Shown one piece after another: positions 9,268-19,847 of a DNA stretch of 64,000 bases. A model generated the notes under the pieces. The model was given only the letters and a program-made list of their open reading frames with translations. It ran no database searches and was not told where the DNA came from. The stretch is from the NCBI GenBank assembly GCA_023391625.1, contig JAEWAN010000023.1, positions 31,002 through 95,001 of the forward strand, read 5' to 3'. Numbering within the stretch: the stretch's first letter is position 1; every line of letters starts with the position of its first letter. The stretch comes from Bacteroidota bacterium. Its GTDB lineage: Bacteria; Bacteroidota; Bacteroidia; Bacteroidales; Paludibacteraceae. The position numbers and the translations under genes were made by a program.

Positions 9268-9659
9268 TTGCAAACTGTCCTTCTTTTTTTTCCTCCTCCA
9301 TAAACTCTTTCTGATTGTTGTGATATTGGGTTAGCAATCATCTTCAATTCTATTAATTTATTAGTTCTCAAAATTTTCTGCAAATAGCCGTTCTTTTGTG
9401 TTTGTAGAGCGTGAAAGACAGATTTATATTGAAAAATAGGTTAAGGTGTAGAAAATTGATCTGTGATAAAAAATCTGACAAGCGGTATGCTGCTTTATAT
9501 CATTTTAGGATATTAAAATTTGACTTTTTTATCTCCTTGATTATTTATAAAAAATGCATTTTTCCATATGATGAACAACACTTTTCTCTACATTTGCAGA
9601 TGGAGAGTATAAAGTGTTTGTAATGATTGTACATTCATATGATATATTAATTTTGGAAT

Positions 9660-10034
9660 ATGAACATAGAAGATTTTAGAATGTACTGCCTCTCATTTAA
9701 GGGGGTACATGAAAAAATGCCGTTTGAAAAAGTGACTTCTGCTTATGACAGGAATGTGCTTGTATTTTATGTCTTTGACAAATGGTTTTGTTTTGTAAAT
9801 ATAGATGTGTTTGATTTTTTTACTATCAAATGCGATACGGAACAAATTGAAATTTTGCAGGATAGGTATGAAGGGGTAAAGCCAGGTTATCATATGAATA
9901 AGAAACATTGGATTAGTGTTTGTTTTGATAAAGATGTTTCGGAAAAAATGATTAAAGAACTTGTGAAGCAGTCGTATGAAATTGTGGTATCTTCTCTATC
10001 GAAAAAAGAGAAAGAAATGTTCCGGAACATGTAA
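9660..10034 (+). CDS. MmcQ/YjbR-family DNA-binding protein
   Basis: YCLS..G..E..PF...V..KWF...KC....L...Y.GV.PGYHMNKKHWISV motif. Confidence 0.88.
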   Translation: MNIEDFRMYCLSFKGVHEKMPFEKVTSAYDRNVLVFYVFDKWFCFVNIDVFDFFTIKCDTEQIEILQDRYEGVKPGYHMNKKHWISVCFDKDVSEKMIKELVKQSYEIVVSSLSKKEKEMFRNM

Positions 10035-10056
10035 GTTCAAAAATAAAGAATAATCA

Positions 10057-10695
10057 ATGAAACAATTTATTGATTTAGAGCATTGGAAGAGAAAAGAGCA
10101 TTTCGAGTTTTTTTCTGCTCTTGATGATCCGTTCTTCGGAATCACTACTTTAGTTGATTTTACTGATATCTACAAACGGAGTAAAGAAGAAAGGAAATCT
10201 TTCTTTTTGTATTCTGTGCACTTCCTGTTGAAATGTATAAATGAAACAACAGCTTTTAAACTCCGTATTGAAGATGACCAAGTAGTACAATATGATTTTA
10301 TTCATGTATCACCGACTATCGGGCGGGAAGACGGAACATTTGGTTTTGGTTTCTTTGAATATAATGCTGACTTTGATGTGTTTGTACAGAATGCTGAAAA
10401 AGAAATAGAAAGAGTGAGAAATGTTGGCGGATTATCTTTTTCTGAAAATACAAAACGCACGGATCTTATCCGCTATTTGGCTCTGCCTTGGTTTGCTTTT
10501 TCTGAAATGAAACATGCTGTCTCTTTTGGTAAAGGCGATTTTGTGCCGCGTATTTCTACCGGAAAGTTGGTGAAGGAGGGGAATAGATACCTGCTTCCTG
10601 TTTCTATTTCAGTACATCACGCTCTTGTGGATGGACGTGATGTGGCAGAACTGATTGAGAAGTTGGAAATGGTGAATAAAATTAACGGAATATAA
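10057..10695 (+). CDS. CatA-like chloramphenicol O-acetyltransferase
   Basis: IDLEHW.RKEHF.FF, LPWF.F, P.I.TGK and VHHALVDG catalytic motif. Confidence 0.85.
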   Translation: MKQFIDLEHWKRKEHFEFFSALDDPFFGITTLVDFTDIYKRSKEERKSFFLYSVHFLLKCINETTAFKLRIEDDQVVQYDFIHVSPTIGREDGTFGFGFFEYNADFDVFVQNAEKEIERVRNVGGLSFSENTKRTDLIRYLALPWFAFSEMKHAVSFGKGDFVPRISTGKLVKEGNRYLLPVSISVHHALVDGRDVAELIEKLEMVNKINGI

Positions 10696-10889
10696 ATGGG
10701 CTTTCGGTAGTTTTATTTACGTGATTGAATGTAGTGTGCAGAATTGGAATTGACTTGAAATGTTTGGGCGGTACTATAAATTTTATAATATCGCCCATAG
10801 CTGGGATTATGCAAAACCTGTTGCAATCGAAGTACAGGATATTGGAACTTTAGTTATTGCTCTTATAATTTATAGTTAACATAACTATG

Positions 10890-11738
10890 TCAAATTCTCT
10901 TTCTCTTTATTTCATCTAAAGTTTTCCCATTTACATTTTTCCATGTATCCCAACCATTGACTGGGCGACCGGAAACAATTCCTCCGGCTGTACTTGGGGA
11001 AGAAAATATATAATCTTCGGTAAATACATATACATTTCCGTTTAAAGATAAAATTCCACTGTCAATAAGCTTGTTACGAAGATCTATTATGTATTTATGG
11101 CAAGAGGGCAAAGTCTCTTTTACGATTTTAGAGCCCTTGTAAATTACAAACCCTTCATCTGTCAAATTTCCCTCAGCAACAGCATCTTTACTTTTCATTT
11201 TGTATATATCTCCAGGTGTTCTATTATTTTCTCGTGAAATAGAATCAAACAGAGGGAATCCAAGTGTAGATAAGAGAACTTTAGTTGTTTCAAAACAATC
11301 AAGCATATCGGCTTCCATGCTTTCTGTAACAAATGGCATGTTTGTGTTAACTCCGTTTTCTAACTGCCAACGACTAACTTCGTATGCTTTTTTTATTGAA
11401 ATGTGTTCCAGAAACTTAACATGAGTTTTGGTAAAAGCATTTATTTTGGAAATAATAACTACTGCATAATTCCAAAAGTCTTTATTTCGTTGATGTTGAG
11501 ATAGTCTAGTCGCACAGTTTTCTGCTTCGCCAATGTAAACTAAAGGTTTTCCGGTATTTGATTCTCCAAACAGAAAATAAAAACCAACATTTGATAGTTC
11601 ATTTCGTGTTAGAATATAATCAATTTGGTTACGAGGAAACGATATCGCTTTAACTGTTCGATTGGTTATTTCTGCAATACGAACACCTCGCGGATTTCCA
11701 TCCGGAAGAAATATTTGTATTGTCTGTGGTCGTGTCAT
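10890..11738 (-). CDS. GIY-YIG nuclease with C-terminal DUF4357 (RAMA-like) domain
   Basis: GFYFL...VYIGEAE...RL.QH N-terminus; F.EDYIFSSPSTAG.IV.GR..NGW.TWKN..GKTL C-terminus. Confidence 0.85.
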   Translation of the reverse strand: MTRPQTIQIFLPDGNPRGVRIAEITNRTVKAISFPRNQIDYILTRNELSNVGFYFLFGESNTGKPLVYIGEAENCATRLSQHQRNKDFWNYAVVIISKINAFTKTHVKFLEHISIKKAYEVSRWQLENGVNTNMPFVTESMEADMLDCFETTKVLLSTLGFPLFDSISRENNRTPGDIYKMKSKDAVAEGNLTDEGFVIYKGSKIVKETLPSCHKYIIDLRNKLIDSGILSLNGNVYVFTEDYIFSSPSTAGGIVSGRPVNGWDTWKNVNGKTLDEIKRKRI

Positions 11739-11741
11739 TTG

Positions 11742-11948
11742 TTACTTCTTGGGAGTGGTGTGTTGTGTATAAGAATTTATTAATTCACTTTCTGGATTAT
11801 AATTTCTTTTCAAATTGTCTACATTAAATAACTCCTTGAATAATAATCCTAAATCTTGGTTTATAATATCTTTTGTTTGCTGGGTGACCAGTTCTTCATA
11901 TTGCTTCCGTAAATCAGCATTTTTTTGAATGTATAAAAATAATTGCAT
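11742..11948 (-). CDS. Small hypothetical protein, possibly N-terminally truncated
   Basis: Ends 3 bp before the GIY-YIG gene; protein-like composition. Confidence 0.45.
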   Translation of the reverse strand: MQLFLYIQKNADLRKQYEELVTQQTKDIINQDLGLLFKELFNVDNLKRNYNPESELINSYTQHTTPKK

Positions 11949-12239
11949 TAATATCTCTTTCGAAATTATTGCAAAGTCGTGGTCAATATTTTTTGTTTTC
12001 TTTTTGGAAAAGTTATTAAAAATCTCTTTTTGTGAAAAAACGGCTCAACAACAACAGTTTATAAATAAGTAATTTGTCAGAGAAGTAAAACTTTATTTTT
12101 ACGTAATTCTCTGATTGTGAATCCAAATTTATTTTTTTGTCGCTTTTCATTAGCTATACGTATGCAAATGTATTGAATTTACAGGAAGAAAACTGAATTT
12201 TAAATAAAAAAGTTAACGTTACAGGTAGTTATTTTCTCA

Positions 12240-12659
12240 TTAATTCTCTTCTATTTTTACTTTATAAACAATAGGAGTCAATATCTTTTTTGTTTCAAAA
12301 TAGTTTATTGGATTTTCTTTTTCTTTTAAAACATATCCTTGTTTTTTTTCAACACTGGTGATTTGAACCAAATAAATATATGCACTTTTTCCTAATTCTC
12401 TTAATGTGTTTTTTTTATTCTCTGTCAGAAAAATTTCATTATTTGATTGCGTTGTTGATTTAACTTCAATATATCTTTCTTCAATAAGTCTTTTTCCCTT
12501 TTGGGTTAAACTATGAATATCATAACCCGAATTACAAATTTTTTTAGATATATGATCAATTTCAAACTTAGAACTCTGTGATTTAAGCCTTTTATATTCA
12601 TAATCAAAGGCAATATCTTCACCTATTTCACCAATTAGTTTTTTTCGTTCCAGTACCAT
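12240..12659 (-). CDS. DUF3883 (NOV C-terminal, PD-(D/E)XK-like) domain protein, likely truncated
   Basis: GEIGE..A..YE..RL...GYDI.S...RYIEVKST...FLT.N motifs. Confidence 0.75.
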   Translation of the reverse strand: MVLERKKLIGEIGEDIAFDYEYKRLKSQSSKFEIDHISKKICNSGYDIHSLTQKGKRLIEERYIEVKSTTQSNNEIFLTENKKNTLRELGKSAYIYLVQITSVEKKQGYVLKEKENPINYFETKKILTPIVYKVKIEEN

Positions 12660-13062
12660 TTATAACCATAGTTTGGCATAAATATAGTAGTTTATTCCGT
12701 TGATTTTACGTTTTTATAATGTTTATTTGGAGGTAAAGGTAGATGGATTAAGAATATTCATTTTTTTGAATAATTCAAGATTTATTATATTCCCATATAT
12801 TAACGAAGCCGATCTATTAGGATCGGCTTCGTGTTGTAAGAACTGTAAGAGTCAGTGTGGTTTCGGTTCTCTTTTCTCTATTCCGTGTCTTGAGGATCGT
12901 TTTGTGGAACAGAAACAAAGCAGAACGTGGCGTTGTTGCAGGCAAGTACGGCATTCAAATAATTTGTTTTTGCATTTTGCCTGCAAATAATCCGCTTTTC
13001 CGTGTTATCTTCCCTTTACTGTGAGATTTTAGTCTCTTTTATAGGATTGTAGCAAGATAAAA

Positions 13063-14535
13063 TTATCTTGTTGATTTCAGCGCGTCATCCAGTGATATGC
13101 CCAATGCGTCGGCTACGCCTTTACCGTAAGCCGGATCCGCTTTATAACAGTTGCGTACATGACGCTGTTTGATGAACAGTTCAGAGTCACCCATATTGGC
13201 TGCCGTGTTTTTAAACAGCACCTTCTGTTGTTCTGGTGACATCAGGCGGAACAGTTGGCCTGGCTGGGTATAATAATCTTCATCGTATTCGCGTTCGTTG
13301 TAGTTGTAAGCGTCGCCGTGCAATTTCAGTGGCGGTTCTTTCATTTCTGGGCTATCTTGCCATTCTCCGTAACTATTCGGCTCATAACCAATGGTTGAAC
13401 CGTTGTTGCCATCGGTACGCATCATTCCGTCACGGTGATAGGAGTGAAATGGACAGCGAGGACGGTTTACTGGTATCTGACCGTGGTTGACTCCGAGGCG
13501 ATAGTTTTGGGCGTCACGGTATGAGAACAGACGACCTTGTAACATTTTGTCCGGAGAGAAGCCAATACCGTCAATCACGTTCATCGGATTGAAAGCAGAC
13601 TGCTCTACTTCAGCGAAATAATTTTCCGGATTGCGGTTGAGTTCCAGTATACCGACATCATGCAACGGGAAGTCTGCGTGCGGCCATACTTTGGTCAGGT
13701 CAAACGGGTTGATCTCGTAATTGTCGGCCTGTTCTTCGGTCATAAGCTGTACTTTGAGTTCCCAGCGTGGGAAGTCGCCCCGCTCTATGGCTTCGTACAA
13801 ATCCCGTTGGTGTGATTCCCGATCGCGGCCGATGATTTCTGCCGCTTCTTCGTCAGTCAGGTTTTTGATTCCCTGTAAAGTTTTGAAATGGAATTTTACC
13901 CATGTGCGGATATTGTCCTTGTTGATAAAACTGAACGTGTGGCTGCCGAAGCCGTGCATATGACGGTATGAGGCAGGAATACCACGATCGCTCATTGTAA
14001 TGGTTACCTGATGGAGTGCTTCGGGCAGTGCTGTCCAGAAGTCCCAGTTGCTGTTAGCGCTGTGCATGTTGGTACGCGGGTCGCGTTTAACAACGTGGTT
14101 TAGGTCTGGGAATTTCAGAGGGTCACGCAGGAAAAATACGGGTGTATTGTTTCCCACAAGATCCCAGTTCCCGGTTTCAGTGTAGAACTTCATGGCAAAA
14201 CCGCGGATGTCGCGTTCGGCATCTGCTGCACCCCGTTCGCCGGCAACGGTAGAAAAACGTACGAAGCAATCCGTTTTTTTACCTACTTCTGAGAAGATAG
14301 AAGCCCGTGTGTATTGGGTGATATCATGCGTTACGGTAAATGTACCGTAGGCGCCGGAACCTTTGGCGTGCATACGCCGTTCCGGAATTACTTCCCGGTC
14401 AAAATGAGAAAGTTTCTCCAGGAACCAGGGATCCTGCATCAGCATTGGGCCCGGACGTCCTGCCGTTTGTACGTTTTGGTTGTCGGCCACCGGACGACCA
14501 GAAGCTGTAGTCATTTTTTTCTTTTCCATAATCAT
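13063..14535 (-). CDS. katA: Monofunctional heme catalase
   Basis: [15 protein letters not shown] distal His motif, VGNNTPVFF, and RLFSY proximal Tyr. Confidence 0.97.
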   Translation of the reverse strand: MIMEKKKMTTASGRPVADNQNVQTAGRPGPMLMQDPWFLEKLSHFDREVIPERRMHAKGSGAYGTFTVTHDITQYTRASIFSEVGKKTDCFVRFSTVAGERGAADAERDIRGFAMKFYTETGNWDLVGNNTPVFFLRDPLKFPDLNHVVKRDPRTNMHSANSNWDFWTALPEALHQVTITMSDRGIPASYRHMHGFGSHTFSFINKDNIRTWVKFHFKTLQGIKNLTDEEAAEIIGRDRESHQRDLYEAIERGDFPRWELKVQLMTEEQADNYEINPFDLTKVWPHADFPLHDVGILELNRNPENYFAEVEQSAFNPMNVIDGIGFSPDKMLQGRLFSYRDAQNYRLGVNHGQIPVNRPRCPFHSYHRDGMMRTDGNNGSTIGYEPNSYGEWQDSPEMKEPPLKLHGDAYNYNEREYDEDYYTQPGQLFRLMSPEQQKVLFKNTAANMGDSELFIKQRHVRNCYKADPAYGKGVADALGISLDDALKSTR

Positions 14536-14951
14536 TCTGATTTTTTCTTGTTAATAATAACTTGTATCTGTATACTGTCTATATTTGTGTCAAAAGGTAA
14601 TTTGTCTTTCAGATAACTGTGGACCATCTGGGTAAGTTCTGGATCGTCATAATCGGTTATTCCTTGTCCATCAAACAGATGGTGATGATTCCTAACGGTT
14701 ATATCGAAATAATGTTTCCCGTCTGTAGGATTGTTGATAGAGGAGAGCACTCCTGTTTCGCAAAACGAGTCCAGAATACGATAGATAGTTGATACCGTGA
14801 TATCCGGATTGTGTTCATGCACTTTCTCAATGATAAGATCCATGGGAGCATGTTCAAGTTCCATCATTATTTCGTAGATTATTTTTCGCTGTGGGGTAAC
14901 TTTTAGTCCTGCAGCTTTGATAATCTGTGTTATGTCTATTTCTCGTTTCAT
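14532..14951 (-). CDS. Fur-family transcriptional regulator (PerR-like)
   Basis: [17 protein letters not shown] motifs; overlaps katA start by 4 bp. Confidence 0.85.
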   Translation of the reverse strand: MKREIDITQIIKAAGLKVTPQRKIIYEIMMELEHAPMDLIIEKVHEHNPDITVSTIYRILDSFCETGVLSSINNPTDGKHYFDITVRNHHHLFDGQGITDYDDPELTQMVHSYLKDKLPFDTNIDSIQIQVIINKKKSE

Positions 14952-14980
14952 AGCGGGTGCAAGATAAAGAAAAAAAAATA

Positions 14981-15003
14981 TAAATGCAAAAAATTTGCAT
15001 TTA
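14981..15003. promoter_or_regulatory. Perfect inverted repeat, candidate Fur/PerR-family operator
   Basis: TAAATGCAAA-aaa-TTTGCATTTA 30 bp upstream of the regulator start. Confidence 0.55.
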
Positions 15004-15726
15004 AAAAATAATATATTTTGTATTTCTACGGTAAAATATGTTTTTATTCAGATGGCTTCGGGCGGACTAAAGACGATACATACCCTTTGGTACTAGCATC
15101 TGTTTGTTCCGTATGTATGTTGTATTGGCTTTTGAGTAGGAATATTATATTAAAATTAATGGCTCTTTGTTATACTGATTTTGATCTTATTATATTGAAT
15201 TTTTTGTTCTTTCATGATAACTATTGGAACGATATGCTAAATTTAGAGGATGTCTGATTTTGAACTGATTTTTTGTTTTAATCATAGCATATATTTTTTT
15301 CATAATGATGTTTGCTATTATCTATGGCATAGCAAAATAAATTTTTTATTTTGCTTTTACAATATTTTTATTTAAAAATGTGATTTTGTAGATTTTTTGT
15401 TCTTCAGGCATAGTGAATTGAGGTTGAAATAGAGGGTGTGTATTCTAATGAAGAAACTGTTTGTTTCCGAATATTGAAATAAACAAAAGCGGTGATGATA
15501 AAAGCTCATCAGATAGACTTGTAAACAAATATTATAATTGTAGGTTTGACTGTTGATTGGGTTTGAAAATCAATTATATATGCCTATGTACTGAATTGAA
15601 TTCTTTCTTATAAAGCTGGGGTTATGTAAAATTTTGTATTGTTTATTTTTGCTTAATTTATGCAAATCTGTATATTTGACTGTTTGATAACCTTAAATTA
15701 ATACCTTACATTTATACCTTACATTT

Positions 15727-16224
15727 ATGAGTAGTACCATATTTCTTATCATAGCTCTTGTGACGACGGGTATTTTCGTAGTCCAGTTTATTTTATCTTT
15801 CTTCTTTGGGGATATGGATGCTGATGTGGACGTGGATGCTGATATCAGCAGTGTGATTTCTTTCAAAGGGCTTACCCATTTCGGGATTGGTTTCGGTTGG
15901 TATATGTATTTAATAGGAAAGACGGATGTGTTGAATTACTGCATAGCGATTCTCATCGGTTTTCTTTTTGTTTTTGCAGTCTGGTTTTTATATAGGAAAG
16001 CCTATCAGTTGCAACAGTTAAATCACTCTGATAAAACCGAACAGCTTGTGGGGAGGGAATGTACCATTTATTTTAAACAGAGTGATAGTAAATATACAGT
16101 GCAGACCAATCGTGACGGAGCAATGCGTGAGGTAGATGTCATTTCCGAATCGGGAAAGAATTACCAGACGGGAGACCGAACCGTTATCACCAGATATCAG
16201 GACGGAACATTATATATCCAATAA
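15727..16224 (+). CDS. NfeD-like membrane protein (flotillin partner)
   Basis: Hydrophobic segments, D-rich loop (DMDADVDVDAD), OB-fold-like C-terminus, directly upstream of SPFH gene. Confidence 0.75.
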   Translation: MSSTIFLIIALVTTGIFVVQFILSFFFGDMDADVDVDADISSVISFKGLTHFGIGFGWYMYLIGKTDVLNYCIAILIGFLFVFAVWFLYRKAYQLQQLNHSDKTEQLVGRECTIYFKQSDSKYTVQTNRDGAMREVDVISESGKNYQTGDRTVITRYQDGTLYIQ

Positions 16225-16244
16225 CCATTTAAAACACAAAATTT

Positions 16245-17891
16245 ATGACACAAGTAGTTTTGATTATTGTTGCTATATTGATAGCAGTGATACTACTTAC
16301 TTTTGTCGGTATCCTGTCGCGTTACCGCAAATGTAAGAGTGATGAAGTTCTCGTTGTATATGGTAAAACGGGACGAGAGAAAAAATCAGCAAAGTTATAT
16401 CACGGTGGAGCTGCTTTTGTGTGGCCTATCATTCAGGGGTATGAGTTCCTGTCAATGAAACCGATGCAGATCGACTGTAAACTGACGGGAGCGCTTTCAG
16501 CACAAAACATTCGTGTAGATGTTCCTACCACTATTACCGTGGCTATCAGTACTGATCCGGAAGTTATGCAGAATGCAGCCGAACGTATGTTGGGACTAAC
16601 CATGGAGGATAAGCAAAACCTGATTACCGATGTGGTTTACGGGCAGATGCGTCTTGTTATTGCTGATATGACGATTGAAGAATTGAATTCAGACCGTGAT
16701 AAATTCCTTTCCAAAGTAAAAGATAATATTGATACTGAGCTTCGTAAGTTTGGTTTGTATCTGATGAATATCAATATCAGCGATATTCGTGATGCAGCTA
16801 ACTATATTGTTAACCTGGGTAAAGAAGCTGAAAGTAAAGCGCAAAATGAGGCGCAGGCTAATATTGAGGAACAGGAAAAGTTAGGGGCTATCAAAATAGC
16901 CAATCAGATTAGGGAACGTGAAACGATAGTGGCTGAAACCCGCAAGGATCAGGATATTGCTATTGCGGAAACCAAGAAGTTACAGGAAATTTCGGTAGCT
17001 AATGCCGATAAGGACAGGATATCCCAGGTGGCTATTGCCAATGCGGAGAAAGAATCGCAGGTGGCGAAAGCTGAGGCCGAAAAGAATATCCGTATCGAAC
17101 AGGCAAATACGGAAAAAGAAAGCCGCATTGCCGAGTTGAACTCTGATATGGAAATAAAACAGGCAGAAGCGGCTAAAAAAGCGGCTATCGGGCGGAACGA
17201 CGCGCAGAAAGAGGTAGCTCTTTCTAATTCCGATCTGGCTGTGACACAGGCTAATGCCGACAGGCAGGCCGGTGAGGCTGCGGCAAGGTCGGAAGCTGCC
17301 ATACAAACGGCCCGGGAAATAGCACAGAAAGAAGTGGAAGAAGCTAAAGCCCTGAAAGTAGAGTCTTCGCTGAAAGCAGAAAAAATTGTTCCGGCAGAGC
17401 TTGCAAGACAGGAGGCTATTCTTCAGGCTAATGCGATAGCAGAAAAAATTACCCGTGAAGCGGAAGCCCGTGCAAAAGCTACTTTAGCGCAGGCGGAAGC
17501 AGAAGCAAAGGCTATCCAAATGAAACTGGAAGCTGAGGCAGAGGGTAAAAAACGTTCGCTGCTTGCTGAAGCTGAAGGTTTTGAGGCTATGGTAAAGGCT
17601 GCCGAATCGAACCCGGCTATTGCCATTCAGTATAAAATGGTAGATCAGTGGAAAGAAATAGCCGGAGAGCAAGTGAAAGCTTTTGAACACATAAATTTAG
17701 GAAATATCACCGTATTTGACGGAGGAAACGGCAGCACCAGTAATTTTCTGAATACTTTGGTGAAAACGGTGGCTCCAAGCCTTGGAGTGCTGGATAAACT
17801 GCCTATTGGTGAAACGGTGAAAGGTATTATTAAGCCGGATAGTAAGGCAGAAACAGACACAGATGCTAAAAAGGATGATAAGAAGAAATAG
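16245..17891 (+). CDS. SPFH/flotillin-family protein
   Basis: N-terminal TM helix, SPFH domain and long AEA-rich coiled coil. Confidence 0.92.
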   Translation: MTQVVLIIVAILIAVILLTFVGILSRYRKCKSDEVLVVYGKTGREKKSAKLYHGGAAFVWPIIQGYEFLSMKPMQIDCKLTGALSAQNIRVDVPTTITVAISTDPEVMQNAAERMLGLTMEDKQNLITDVVYGQMRLVIADMTIEELNSDRDKFLSKVKDNIDTELRKFGLYLMNINISDIRDAANYIVNLGKEAESKAQNEAQANIEEQEKLGAIKIANQIRERETIVAETRKDQDIAIAETKKLQEISVANADKDRISQVAIANAEKESQVAKAEAEKNIRIEQANTEKESRIAELNSDMEIKQAEAAKKAAIGRNDAQKEVALSNSDLAVTQANADRQAGEAAARSEAAIQTAREIAQKEVEEAKALKVESSLKAEKIVPAELARQEAILQANAIAEKITREAEARAKATLAQAEAEAKAIQMKLEAEAEGKKRSLLAEAEGFEAMVKAAESNPAIAIQYKMVDQWKEIAGEQVKAFEHINLGNITVFDGGNGSTSNFLNTLVKTVAPSLGVLDKLPIGETVKGIIKPDSKAETDTDAKKDDKKK

Positions 17892-18077
17892 TTCCATTGC
17901 CGGAACAGATCAGTGATGATTTATGCTTTTATCTTTTAGCGGTCTGTTGCTAATGGATAATGAATAAATATCATAGGAAAATGAGAAATGCTTTTTATAA
18001 GTAATTTCTCATTTTTTTGAACATATGGGGAAAAAGTTTTTTATATTTGGCAGGATTATAAAATAAAGGAAATAATA

Positions 18078-19625
18078 ATGAAACTGAAATCGGTCATTTT
18101 AATATTGTTGCTGGGTATTGTATCTGGCGCATGTTACGGTAAACCCGCATCGGGTCGGAATTATTATATTGATTCCAAACAGGGCAGCGATAATGCTGAC
18201 GGTTTAAGTGAACGTTCGGCATGGAAAAGTTTTGAAAGGTTGAAAGATATTCAATTAAAAGCAGGAGACTCATTGTTATTGTGCCGGGGATCTGTTTTTG
18301 ACGGAGTACTTGAAATTTCAGCTCAGGGGAAAGCAAACCGGCGGATTGTAGTAGATGCTTATGGTACGGGACGCAAGCCGTGTATACAGGCTCCGGAGGC
18401 TTCGTTGTATGCGGTATTGATACGTAATTCCGATTATCTTACGTTGCAGAATCTTGAAGTAGTAAATACCGGTAGAGAACGTATGCCTTATCGTACAGGG
18501 GTTAAGGTGTTGTGCGAAGATTATGGCGTATCCCATGATTTGATATTGAATGCTTTGTATATTCATGATGTTAACGGTAGTCTGGTTAAGCAGAAAGGAG
18601 GAGGGTCAGCCATCCTGATTGAAAACAGAGGAGAAAAAACGGTGTCAACTTTTGATGGTCTGACCATTGAAAATTGTGTTATTCGCCGTTGCGAGCGAAA
18701 TGCCATGATTTGGAGCTCTGCTTATTGCAGCCGTGACAACTGGCATCCCAGTACGCGGGTTGTAGTGCGTAAAAATCTGATAGAGGAAGTTCCGGGCGAC
18801 GGCATTGTACCTATTGGCTGTGAAGGAACATTGATAGAATATAATCTAATGCGTAATTGCCCGTCCTTGTTACCATATAGTGAAGCGGCGGCAGGTATAT
18901 GGCCGTGGAGTTGTGACAATACGGTGGTGCAGTTTAATGAAGCAAGTGATCATAAAGCTCCGTGGGATGCGCAGGGTTTTGATTCAGACTATAATTGTAA
19001 TAATACGAAGATACAGTATAATTACAGCCATGATAACGACGGCGGTTTTGTATTAATATGCAATTCCGGAAATTCGAGCGGTGCCGGCAATAATGGTACG
19101 ATTGTACAATACAATGTAAGTATTAATGATGCTGTACGTCCCCGTGCTACACGTGACGGCGTGTTTTCTCCGACCATACACATTGCCGGTCCGGTTACGA
19201 ATACATTGGTTAACAACAATATCCTGCATGTAAATCCGAAGCCTACCCCTTATGTTGATCGCAGTATTATTACTGCCGATTTCTGGGACGGGTATGCCGA
19301 TCAGACAACTTTCCGGGAAAATGTTTTTTATGTTCCTCAGGAATCTGCATTCAGATTAACCCAATCAACTCATAATCTTTTTGAGGGAAACTTCTATCTG
19401 GGTACTTATGAAAATAAACCGGATGATGAAACAGGAAAAACAGCTTCTTGCTATTATCAATCTGTGATAAGCAAAGACCCAACGGGCTTCAGTAGTTTAT
19501 CGTTCTTGTTTGACACCATGGTGATTGGCGATGGAGCTGCCGTGCTGAAAGTGGTGAACAAAGAGGCTATTCATGAGTTTTTTGAAGAAATGAAGGGGGA
19601 AGAAACTGGCGTGTCAGGAAAATAA
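18078..19625 (+). CDS. Secreted right-handed parallel beta-helix protein (carbohydrate-active enzyme-like)
   Basis: YYIDS..G.D..DGLS...AWKS N-terminus; repeated beta-helix rungs (GDGI, DAQGFDSD, QYNYSHDN). Confidence 0.75.
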   Translation: MKLKSVILILLLGIVSGACYGKPASGRNYYIDSKQGSDNADGLSERSAWKSFERLKDIQLKAGDSLLLCRGSVFDGVLEISAQGKANRRIVVDAYGTGRKPCIQAPEASLYAVLIRNSDYLTLQNLEVVNTGRERMPYRTGVKVLCEDYGVSHDLILNALYIHDVNGSLVKQKGGGSAILIENRGEKTVSTFDGLTIENCVIRRCERNAMIWSSAYCSRDNWHPSTRVVVRKNLIEEVPGDGIVPIGCEGTLIEYNLMRNCPSLLPYSEAAAGIWPWSCDNTVVQFNEASDHKAPWDAQGFDSDYNCNNTKIQYNYSHDNDGGFVLICNSGNSSGAGNNGTIVQYNVSINDAVRPRATRDGVFSPTIHIAGPVTNTLVNNNILHVNPKPTPYVDRSIITADFWDGYADQTTFRENVFYVPQESAFRLTQSTHNLFEGNFYLGTYENKPDDETGKTASCYYQSVISKDPTGFSSLSFLFDTMVIGDGAAVLKVVNKEAIHEFFEEMKGEETGVSGK

Positions 19626-19847
19626 TATGATTTATTAGCTAAATAAGATAAAGATTCTTTGTTTGAAGCATTTTGCAGACAGATTTTTGCCTTTCGGGGG
19701 AGAATCTGTCTGCTGTCTTTTTGTTATATCCGGTGAGTTTGTTTTATTCGGGAGCTTTTGATGAAAATAAAAGATAAGCATTGGTGTGTTTTTATGTTGC
19801 TGCTGCCGGATTCGGTAAGTATGATATTTTGTAAACGTCATACAAGA

